Assembly: GCA_003558085.1 (NCBI GenBank)
Contig: PWMT01000112.1
Location: forward strand, 1 to 13,860
Origin: Methanobacteriaceae archaeon
Lineage (GTDB): Archaea > Methanobacteriota > Methanobacteria > Methanobacteriales > Methanobacteriaceae
Direction of reading: 5' to 3'
Length of the DNA stretch: 13,860 bases
How positions within the stretch are numbered: position 1 is the stretch's first letter; every line of letters begins with the position of its first letter. The translations under genes and the position numbers were made by a program. The notes under the pieces were generated by a model. It was not told the DNA's origin and did no database searches. It saw nothing but the letters and a program-made list of their open reading frames with translations. Positions 1-6,951 of this stretch are shown in pieces.

Positions 1-5
1 ACCAT
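1..5 (-). CDS. mvhA: Start (ATG GT.) of the next gene, expected to be the F420-non-reducing [NiFe] hydrogenase large subunit; runs off the window edge
   Basis: ATG at 5..3 overlaps the mvhG stop (TAATG coupling) and is preceded by GGAGGG (17..12). Identity is inferred only from the established mvhDGAB order; just 5 nt are visible. Confidence 0.6.
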
Positions 6-931
6 TATTTACCCTCCTTTCTCATTTTTACGGGTACTAAAGCCGCAGGGAGTGTGAATGTATAGAAGGTGCCTACGATATCATCTAATTGTTCAGCTAC
101 TTCTTCAGGATCTACAGTTTTATCTTCTTCTAAACCATAATCTGAAGCTATAGCACTGATCATTTTTGCTCCTTGATCTTGCACTTTAGGAGTGGGTCCG
201 TAGCAACCTCTGCACTGTATAGCTATAGTGGGACATTCAGCTCCACAAAGAGAGATGGTGGCAGGCCCCATACATATAAGTCCCTGGGGGATTAAACATA
301 ATTCTTCTTCTGGTTTGCCGATTTCAAATTGTCTTTTTATGAAATCCATAGCTAAACCTTCTGGTGGTTTTTCTCTGGGACATACTTCACAAAGGTTAGT
401 AGATGGTAATTCTACCGGTTCACCTTTAAGTAAAGCGAGTACTGCCTCCGCAACCACGTCAGATCGTGGCGGACAGCCTGGCACAGAAAAGTCCACATCA
501 ATTACTTCATTAAGTGGCCTAACTCTGCTTTCTAAATGAGGTATTTCCTCACTGGGTATGATACCTTCTTCGTTAGGGGTACTAGCTGAATTGATATATG
601 CTTCTTCTGCTAATTCTTCTGGAGTATATAAGTTTCCTAAACCAGGTATACCACCGTAAACAGCACAAGTACCATAGTTAATAATGAACTTAGCTTTTTC
701 TCTTATTTTCTCAGCCATTTCCCGGTTTTCTTCGTTTCGAATACCGCCTTCAATAATAACTAAATCCATCTCTGGTATTTCATCGTATTTGGTATCCATT
801 AATACTGGGCTGAATTCGAATTCTGCCAGTTCCAAAACATCCAGTAAAGCTTCGTGAAAGTCAGCGATGGAAAGGTGACATCCAGCACATCCACTTAGCC
901 ACATGGTTCCTATTTTTGCTTTTTCAGCCAT
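5..931 (-). CDS. mvhG: F420-non-reducing (methyl viologen-reducing) [NiFe] hydrogenase small subunit
   Basis: 308 aa with small-subunit Fe-S motifs WLSGCAGCH, YGTCAVYGG, PGCPP, CEVC, CLIPQGLICMGP and CRGCYGP. GGAGG SD upstream; follows mvhD. Confidence 0.96.
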   Translation of the reverse strand: MAEKAKIGTMWLSGCAGCHLSIADFHEALLDVLELAEFEFSPVLMDTKYDEIPEMDLVIIEGGIRNEENREMAEKIREKAKFIINYGTCAVYGGIPGLGNLYTPEELAEEAYINSASTPNEEGIIPSEEIPHLESRVRPLNEVIDVDFSVPGCPPRSDVVAEAVLALLKGEPVELPSTNLCEVCPREKPPEGLAMDFIKRQFEIGKPEEELCLIPQGLICMGPATISLCGAECPTIAIQCRGCYGPTPKVQDQGAKMISAIASDYGLEEDKTVDPEEVAEQLDDIVGTFYTFTLPAALVPVKMRKEGK

Positions 932-945
932 TTTTTTTCCTCCGC

Positions 946-1374
946 TTAAGCTTCAACATTAATTTGTTCCTTTAAAGGAGATGCGCCTAAGGATTTTATT
1001 CTATCCACCATCATTGTTACGGTATCAGCGAATTTTTCTCCTTCTGAAGCAGAAATCCAGTCATGGTAGACTCTATTTCTACCAATACCCATATCTTCTA
1101 CTAATTTATAAATAAGTCTCATTCTTCTATCTAGTTTGTAATTTCCTGCATCATAGTGACAGTCACCGTGGTGGCAACCAGCTACAATTACTCCATCTGC
1201 TCCTTCACGGAAAGCCTTCAACACAAATTGTGGTTCGATCCTTCCGGAACACATTACGCGTATTACCCGTACATTAGGAGGGTATTGCATCCTTGCGGTA
1301 CCTGCTGTATCAGCACCACCATAGGAGCACCAGTTGCAACAAAACATTACAATTTTTATGTCATCCTCAGCCAT
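946..1374 (-). CDS. mvhD: Hydrogenase [2Fe-2S] subunit delta, the adaptor to HdrA
   Basis: 142 aa with [29 protein letters not shown] and WISASEG. All ligands are Cys (no in-frame TGA/Sec). SD AGGAGG at 1387..1382. Confidence 0.97.
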   Translation of the reverse strand: MAEDDIKIVMFCCNWCSYGGADTAGTARMQYPPNVRVIRVMCSGRIEPQFVLKAFREGADGVIVAGCHHGDCHYDAGNYKLDRRMRLIYKLVEDMGIGRNRVYHDWISASEGEKFADTVTMMVDRIKSLGASPLKEQINVEA

Positions 1375-1396
1375 TGAGTTTCCTCCTTGCTATTAA

Positions 1397-1444
1397 AAAT
1401 GTACATCAATTAGTACTATGAAATGTACCATTAATTGTACTTAT
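1397..1444. promoter_or_regulatory. Operator-like array: four GTAC at 12-bp spacing (two 24-bp tandem units; two interleaved 28-bp dyads)
   Basis: GTAC at 1401, 1413, 1425 and 1437. Units are AAATGTACATCAATTAGTACTATG (1397-1420) and AAATGTACCATTAATTGTACTTAT (1421-1444). Perfect dyad GTACAT-N16-ATGTAC at 1401-1428. The pattern is directly visible; the regulatory role is inferred. Confidence 0.7.
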
Positions 1445-1465
1445 TATAAGGATTTAAGAGAAGTA

Positions 1466-1481
1466 AGTATAAAGGTTACTT
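1466..1481 (-). promoter_or_regulatory. Candidate TATA box for the mvh operon
   Basis: Minus strand reads AAGTAACC-TTTATA-CT (TTTATA = 1473..1468). This would put the TSS near 1445, just upstream of the GTAC array. AT-rich context limits confidence. Confidence 0.4.
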
Positions 1482-1493
1482 ATGAAAATAAGT

Positions 1494-1508
1494 CGAAAAT
1501 TTTATATA
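1494..1508 (+). promoter_or_regulatory. Candidate BRE + TATA box facing sufC
   Basis: CGAAAAT-TTTATATA matches the archaeal BRE/TATA consensus well. A second candidate, AAAC-TTAATATA, lies at about 1633-1644. Confidence 0.45.
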
Positions 1509-1677
1509 TTAGATTAATGATTGGGGTTTTTGTAATAAAAATTCAAGTGACCTTTCAAAATTAATTTTTATGATACTGTTGATATAATGTTAATCTATAA
1601 ATCGATAATGGAATTTGAATTAATTATTTATTAAACTTAATATATACTTAATAGTTAATTACTATAACAAAAACAAG

Positions 1678-2448
1678 GTGGTGGTTAAACTGCTACTTGA
1701 AATAAACGATTTAGCAGTAGAAGTTAGTGGTAGGCAAGTTCTTGAACATATAGATTTGTATATAGATCAGGGAGAAACTCATGTTTTATTAGGGCCTAAC
1801 GGATCAGGCAAAAGTACTCTTTTTATGGCCATACTAGGATTTCCTAAATATAAGGTCACTAATGGAGAAATTATATTTAAAGGTGAAGATATCACTGATC
1901 TCACTACCACAGAAAGAGTCAGGAAGGGTATTGGTGTTAGTTTTCAAAATCCTCCTTCAGTAAGAGGAGTAAAGTTAATGGATTTATTAAAAGTGGAAAG
2001 CGGTCAGGACCCTAAAGATGAAAAACTTTCACCACAAATAAAGGAATTAGCCAATAAATTGAAATTTGATCAAAGATTCCTGGATAGAGACGTGAATTTA
2101 GGATTTTCTGGAGGAGAAGTAAAAAGGTCAGAAATATTGCAACTTTTAGCCCAAAAACCAGATTTCATCATGTTTGACGAACCAGATTCAGGAGTGGATA
2201 TTGAGAATGTAGAACTTCTAGCAGATCAAATAAATGTCCTACTGGATAAGGAAAAGAAGCTCGGCATGCGGAAAAAATCAGGGCTTATAATTACCCATCT
2301 AGGCTATATTCTTAATTTTGTAAATGCAGACACTGCCAATGTCTTATTAGATGGTAGAATAGCTTGTTCAGGTAATCCTGCAGAGATAATGGAAGATATA
2401 AGGGAAGAAGGATTTAAAGGGTGTGTGGAATGTTGCAAAGTCAATTAG
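1678..2448 (+). CDS. sufC: Fe-S cluster assembly ABC ATPase SufC (SmsC of the SUF-like minimal system); true start may be CTG at 1690
   Basis: Walker A GPNGSGKST, Q-loop FQNP, signature FSGGEVKR, Walker B IMFDEPDSG, H-loop ITH and a C-terminal C-X18-C-X2-C. Directly upstream of sufB. Confidence 0.94.
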   Translation: MVVKLLLEINDLAVEVSGRQVLEHIDLYIDQGETHVLLGPNGSGKSTLFMAILGFPKYKVTNGEIIFKGEDITDLTTTERVRKGIGVSFQNPPSVRGVKLMDLLKVESGQDPKDEKLSPQIKELANKLKFDQRFLDRDVNLGFSGGEVKRSEILQLLAQKPDFIMFDEPDSGVDIENVELLADQINVLLDKEKKLGMRKKSGLIITHLGYILNFVNADTANVLLDGRIACSGNPAEIMEDIREEGFKGCVECCKVN

Positions 2449-3665
2449 AAAAAGCTAAAAAGGCAAAGGAAAAAAAAGCCCTTTATGGTGAAGATATTGA
2501 CCTAGAAGAATTCATTAAAGAAGAAGCAGGTGAACATGAAACATTAACTGAAGGTAGTGAAATTCCTAAAAAAGTCCAAGAATCCTTACTTAAAGTGGGA
2601 GTAGATCCAGAAGAAAAAGAAAGAGCAGGTACTTTTATTCAAATGGATCAAAGTGGCATATACAGTACATCTATGGATGAATCAGTAGAAATAATGGGTA
2701 TGAATGTAGCTTTAGATAAATACAAATGGTTAAAAGATTACATGTGGAAAGCCGTGCCTGTTGATGCTGATAAATATACCGCGCAAACTGCTCTTCGCGA
2801 ATCAGAAATAGGAGAAAGCAGCGGATATTTCATAAGATCTCTTCCAGGTTCCAAGGAAGTTTTTCCTTTACAGGCCTGCATGTTCATTGGTGATGAAAAA
2901 ATAATGCAAACCGCACATAACATTATCATAGCTGAAGAAAATTCTGAATTGCACATCATTACTGGTTGTGCCACTGGAGAAGACGTAAGTTCTGCATTGC
3001 ATGTTGGAGTTTCAGAATTTTATCTAAAAAAAGGTGCTAAAATTACTTTTACCATGGTACATAACTGGGCAGAACAGGTGGATGTGCGACCCCGCACCGG
3101 TATTATGGTGGGAGATAATGCCACTTTCATGAATAATTACATTCTTACTAGCCCTGTAAAAAGTATACAGTCTTATCCCACGGCCTATTGCACAGGTAAA
3201 AATTCTAGAATCGGATTTCAATCTATATTAGGCGGTCAGAAAGAATCAATACTAGATATTGGAGGTAGAGTACTCTTAGAAGGAGAAGGCTCAAGTGCAG
3301 AAATAATCTCCAGAGCAGTTTCCAAAGATCAATCTCAACTCTATGCACGAGGCCATCTGGCAGGTAGAACTCAAAACGTCAAGGGACACTTAGAATGTCA
3401 CGGCCTAGTCTTATCAGATGATTCCATGATTTATGCAGTTCCAGAACTGGAAGGTAGTGCAACTGAACTAGAAATGTCTCATGAAGCTGCCGTAGGTAAA
3501 ATATCTGAAGAAGAAGTATTATATCTTACTTCTAGAGGACTTACCGAAGATGAAGCAGCTTCCATGATAGTAAAAGGATTTTTAAGTATGGATATAAAAG
3601 GTTTACCTCCTGAATTAGCAAAAGAAACTAAAAAAATGTTAGATATGAGTTTAGAGGGCATTTAA
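2430..3665 (+). CDS. sufB: SufB/SufD-family Fe-S scaffold protein (SmsB)
   Basis: 411 aa from ATG 2430 (SD-like GGGTG at 2419-2423). Contains HNIIIAEENS, IITGC, GHLECHGL and PELE...SHEAAVGKI...YLTSRGLTEDEA typical of SufB/D. Confidence 0.94.
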   Translation: MLQSQLEKAKKAKEKKALYGEDIDLEEFIKEEAGEHETLTEGSEIPKKVQESLLKVGVDPEEKERAGTFIQMDQSGIYSTSMDESVEIMGMNVALDKYKWLKDYMWKAVPVDADKYTAQTALRESEIGESSGYFIRSLPGSKEVFPLQACMFIGDEKIMQTAHNIIIAEENSELHIITGCATGEDVSSALHVGVSEFYLKKGAKITFTMVHNWAEQVDVRPRTGIMVGDNATFMNNYILTSPVKSIQSYPTAYCTGKNSRIGFQSILGGQKESILDIGGRVLLEGEGSSAEIISRAVSKDQSQLYARGHLAGRTQNVKGHLECHGLVLSDDSMIYAVPELEGSATELEMSHEAAVGKISEEEVLYLTSRGLTEDEAASMIVKGFLSMDIKGLPPELAKETKKMLDMSLEGI

Positions 3666-3669
3666 ACCA

Positions 3670-3690
3670 TATTTTTTAATTTTTTTATTT
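3670..3690 (+). terminator. Oligo-T terminator of sufCB
   Basis: TATTTTTTAATTTTTTTATTT begins 4 nt after the sufB stop; typical archaeal U-tract. Confidence 0.6.
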
Positions 3691-3903
3691 CAAAAGCAAT
3701 TTGTATCTATAACTTAATTTTTCTAGAAAAATTTGATTTGTATTTAGACAACATCTTATAATCTATATAGGATTAATTATTTTTCATAAAGAGTCTAGAA
3801 TATTAATGATCCTATTTAAAATAAAAAAAGATTATGGAATCTTAGAAATACTAAAAAGAACAAATTATAAATATGTTCTAAATTTAATAAGTGAAAAAAA
3901 TGA

Positions 3904-4173
3904 TTATTCAGAAATTATAATAAATTCGCCAACTTTTTCCACTTTCCCGAAAGGAACTAGTAGATAATCTTCTTTTTTCTTAGCTCCTTTAACATTAACA
4001 TTACGTCCTTTTTCAGTTTTAATAACCACATCAGTTATTTTTCCAGTTTTATCATTGATAATCAATTCTTCCAGTTCGCCTAAAATCCTAGCATTACTGG
4101 TAGCTACCTGATATCCCTTAATTTCACTCCAAAATTTTTCTTCCCCTTTAATGAGTTTCCTCTCTTCAAGCAT
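3904..4173 (-). CDS. Stand-alone PRC-barrel domain protein (CdpB-like candidate)
   Basis: 89 aa with the PRC pattern SEIKGYQV-x4-RILG-x-LEELIIN-x-KTGKI...VPFGKVEKVGEFIII. SD GGTGA overlaps the cobY stop; T7 tract after the stop (3900..3894). Confidence 0.88.
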   Translation of the reverse strand: MLEERKLIKGEEKFWSEIKGYQVATSNARILGELEELIINDKTGKITDVVIKTEKGRNVNVKGAKKKEDYLLVPFGKVEKVGEFIIISE

Positions 4174-4177
4174 TTTA

Positions 4178-4765
4178 TCACCAAAACTTTTCTAAGATTT
4201 TTAGATCATGATCCGTATTAATATTTAAGGCAAGTTCAATTTTAGGAACTAAAAAAACTTCCTCATCTTGTATCTTATTTAAACTCCTTAATATATTTAC
4301 TCCTGAGGGTACTATTCCCTCAATTACCAGGGATGGTTTCAGATTATATTCTTGGAATAGTTCTACAGGCACCGCCACACACATGGCAGGCAAAGGAGAT
4401 GCTTGGTACTGCTTGATAATTTCATCAATTATTTCTGCCTTAACTAATGGAAGATCGGAACTAATGATGAATAAAACTTGGCAAGGATCTTTAGCTTCAA
4501 AATAAGAAAGTATGAATTTTAAATCTTCTAAATAACCCTTACCGGGGGTTTTTATGATTTCCATTCCCCTCTTTTGTATATGATCCTGGGTAAGGGGAGT
4601 ATGCGGACTGGTGGCCACTACTATTTTTTCAATTTTGGAGGAGTTCTTCAGATTATGAATAACCCAGTCTATCATGGCCATACCCTTTAATTTTAGTAAG
4701 GGTTTCTCCGCAACCAGGTCCATTCTGGTTCCTTTACCACCAGCCATAATCAGTGCAGTAGGCAT
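4178..4765 (-). CDS. cobY: GTP:adenosylcobinamide-phosphate guanylyltransferase (NTP transferase family)
   Basis: 195 aa with ALIMAGGKGTRM-x4-EKPLL, TPGKGYLEDL, SSDLPL, VPSGVNIL and LNINT; matches the archaeal CobY pattern. Confidence 0.85.
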   Translation of the reverse strand: MPTALIMAGGKGTRMDLVAEKPLLKLKGMAMIDWVIHNLKNSSKIEKIVVATSPHTPLTQDHIQKRGMEIIKTPGKGYLEDLKFILSYFEAKDPCQVLFIISSDLPLVKAEIIDEIIKQYQASPLPAMCVAVPVELFQEYNLKPSLVIEGIVPSGVNILRSLNKIQDEEVFLVPKIELALNINTDHDLKILEKFW

Positions 4766-4837
4766 GAAAATTCCATGTTAATATTTTTTTAAAAAATTTA
4801 CTACAAAGTAACTAATTTTTAATCTTCAGTTAAATAG

Positions 4838-4858
4838 TTTAATAAAAGATTTATTAAA
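4838..4858 (-). terminator. AT-only hairpin directly after the marker-14 stop (possible terminator or processing site)
   Basis: TTTAATAAA-AGA-TTTATTAAA is a perfect 9-bp stem 2 nt after the TAG. It is thermodynamically weak and has no clear U-tract. Confidence 0.3.
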
Positions 4859-4860
4859 GC

Positions 4861-6342
4861 CTAATCTATCCATTTATCCTCTTTTCGTTTTTGTATTTTT
4901 CTTCTAGCCCCTAAGATACAGGGCCCGCCTTGTCTTCCACCAATAGGTATTTGGGGAGTTCCGATGGAATTCATACATCGGGCCATGATAGCTGCACCCA
5001 TGGCCAGTGCATCAGATACAAATAGACAATCCTTAAAACGATCCTGGGTATAATCCAATATTAATTCTGGTTTACGTCCAGTGATTCCCGCTCTTCCTGT
5101 AACTCCCAATACAGAGCCTTCTTCCACAACATCTTCATCGAATGCTTCATCAATCAATCTTTTAACTATTAAAGCACTTACATGATCTAAAGTTGCAAAC
5201 AAAGTATTAATACCGTCTTTTTTATAAATTTCATGGCCGATTCTGGTCATATCTTCTAATTTATCCCCATTTTTTCCTATATCGCAACCAATTAAAGTAG
5301 TTCCTGCATCATAAGCTGCTATTGGATCTACCGGAACAGTACCAAACCTAGTTCTATTTTCAGGGACTTTTCTAATATCGATTAAATTATGGGCTCTTTC
5401 TGCATTTTTTAAAGCTTTCTTCCAGTTGGCTTTTTTTAAAATATCTTTATTATATAGATCTAAAGCTGCGCCTCCTCTTTTATCTACCATTTCTGTGCCT
5501 CTTATTAGAGCATCAGGTGCGGCCCCAGCCAAACCACAAAAATTACCCACAGTACGAGCATAAGGTTCCTGATTATTTACTATTCTACCCGCCAAGGTGG
5601 TTCCAAAATCTAAGGATACGCAAGGATTTCTAAAATCAATATCAGTCCATTTAGCTCCTAATTTTATTCCAGCAGTAACCAATTCTCCTTCCATTTCATT
5701 AGCCACAACTTGTCTTCCAGTGGGGGGAATAACACTAACCACTGCTCCATCAAAAACCACTTTTTCCAGTAGGGAAAAGGGCTTCAACCTATCTGGAATA
5801 TTTTCAATGGAAAGAGCCGGGGCCATTTTACGGGGGGGTATGCCCGCCTCCAGGCATCCGTCTGCCAGTGCTATAATTAATTTTCCAACATCATCGGGAG
5901 ATCCAAAACCAGCAGTAACACCCGTAGATCTTACCACAAAATCAAGATCTTCATTAATATCGATTCTAGCTTTTTTGACTGATTCTAGAATAGTATTTTT
6001 TACCAAATCAGATACTGATTCTTTAGTTAATTCCACACCCCAAATAGTACTCCCAAAGATTTTTTCACCTTTAGCTGGTGGTCTAATATCCCGGGTCATT
6101 TTCACGGTCTTATCCAAAAGGTAGCTGCGAGAGGTATTCAAATTGGTAGCAGTGAGTATACATTTAGTGGTGGTGTTACCTAGTTCCACGGAGGCCACAA
6201 TGTAAAATATATCTGGCCTCATTGAATAACCTGATCCTACTGTTTTTTGAGTGAACGGAGCAGTTTTAATCTTTTCAATGGTAATATATCTACTTTTTGC
6301 AATTACTGGTTTTTTGCCAAACAACTTTTTGAGAAAGGACAA
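4861..6342 (-). CDS. Methanogenesis marker protein 14 (DUF2114), predicted ASKHA-fold ATPase
   Basis: 493 aa, TTG start with GGGGGT SD. Recognised from YIVASVELGNTTTKCIL, DLDFVVRSTGV, VANEMEGELVTAG, DFGTTLAG and MARCMNSIGTP, and from its position downstream of mtr. Confidence 0.85.
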   Translation of the reverse strand: MSFLKKLFGKKPVIAKSRYITIEKIKTAPFTQKTVGSGYSMRPDIFYIVASVELGNTTTKCILTATNLNTSRSYLLDKTVKMTRDIRPPAKGEKIFGSTIWGVELTKESVSDLVKNTILESVKKARIDINEDLDFVVRSTGVTAGFGSPDDVGKLIIALADGCLEAGIPPRKMAPALSIENIPDRLKPFSLLEKVVFDGAVVSVIPPTGRQVVANEMEGELVTAGIKLGAKWTDIDFRNPCVSLDFGTTLAGRIVNNQEPYARTVGNFCGLAGAAPDALIRGTEMVDKRGGAALDLYNKDILKKANWKKALKNAERAHNLIDIRKVPENRTRFGTVPVDPIAAYDAGTTLIGCDIGKNGDKLEDMTRIGHEIYKKDGINTLFATLDHVSALIVKRLIDEAFDEDVVEEGSVLGVTGRAGITGRKPELILDYTQDRFKDCLFVSDALAMGAAIMARCMNSIGTPQIPIGGRQGGPCILGARRKIQKRKEDKWID

Positions 6343-6514
6343 TTAATTACCCCCTATTATATTTAAGCATAATCTATCATGGAGAATATAAATCTTTATA
6401 AAAAAATCTGTAAGATTAGATTATTATGCTAAAAATTATATCTTGAATTTATAAAAAATCTAAATCATAAGATAAGTTTTTGTAAGAGTTCTTGTAAAAG
6501 TTTATATTCTTTTT

Positions 6515-6946
6515 TTATACCGTACGTACCAAGAGAACGGTGCAGGGAGCAGAATGTATCACCTTTTCAGATACACTGCCCAATAAATGTTTATCTACAA
6601 GGCCTTTACCAGTACCCATCACAATAACATCCACTTCTTCTTTCTCTGCAATTTTAACAATTTCATCAGCAGGATCTCCTTTAACCAATATTGGACGAAA
6701 TTTTACATCAGAATCTGTAGCTGCTTTTATTCCTTTCTCCATATCAGCCAGTATCTCCTTGCCTTTAGAAGTTAATTCTTTTATCATCATTTCCTTTACT
6801 TTCTTGGGAGTTAGAAAAGGTACTTTTGTTTCAACCACATAAAGACAGATTACTTCTGCTTCACGACCTCGAAAAAGGTCTACGGTATGTGCAATTATTT
6901 CGTCCATATATTCTCCCATAGTAGTGACTAATATTTTCTCATACAT
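6515..6946 (-). CDS. Universal stress protein (UspA family)
   Basis: MYEKILV start and [22 protein letters not shown]...[23 protein letters not shown] 6946 has GTGA 5 nt upstream; ATG 6952 (TGATG overlap) and GTG 6955 are alternative starts. Confidence 0.93.
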   Translation of the reverse strand: MYEKILVTTMGEYMDEIIAHTVDLFRGREAEVICLYVVETKVPFLTPKKVKEMMIKELTSKGKEILADMEKGIKAATDSDVKFRPILVKGDPADEIVKIAEKEEVDVIVMGTGKGLVDKHLLGSVSEKVIHSAPCTVLLVRTV

Positions 6947-6951
6947 TTCCA

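Noticed and set aside
946-1374. Selenocysteine or SECIS in mvhD
   Set aside because: All ligand positions are Cys codons; there is no in-frame TGA.
1397-1444. GTAC array as a CRISPR remnant or replication-origin repeat
   Set aside because: The units are too short with 8-nt spacers, there are no cas or orc1/cdc6 genes nearby, and there is no ORB-like sequence.
2421-2429. GTG start for sufB at 2421
   Set aside because: ATG 2430 has a properly spaced SD-like GGGTG that includes this GTG.
4750-4776. Out-of-frame upstream ATG (8-codon mini-ORF MEFSCLLH) overlapping the cobY start
   Set aside because: No SD and expected by chance; no evidence of function.
5832-5838. G7 tract in the marker 14 gene as a phase-variation site
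   Set aside because: Short, explained by Pro-Pro-Arg codons, frame intact, and in a conserved core gene.
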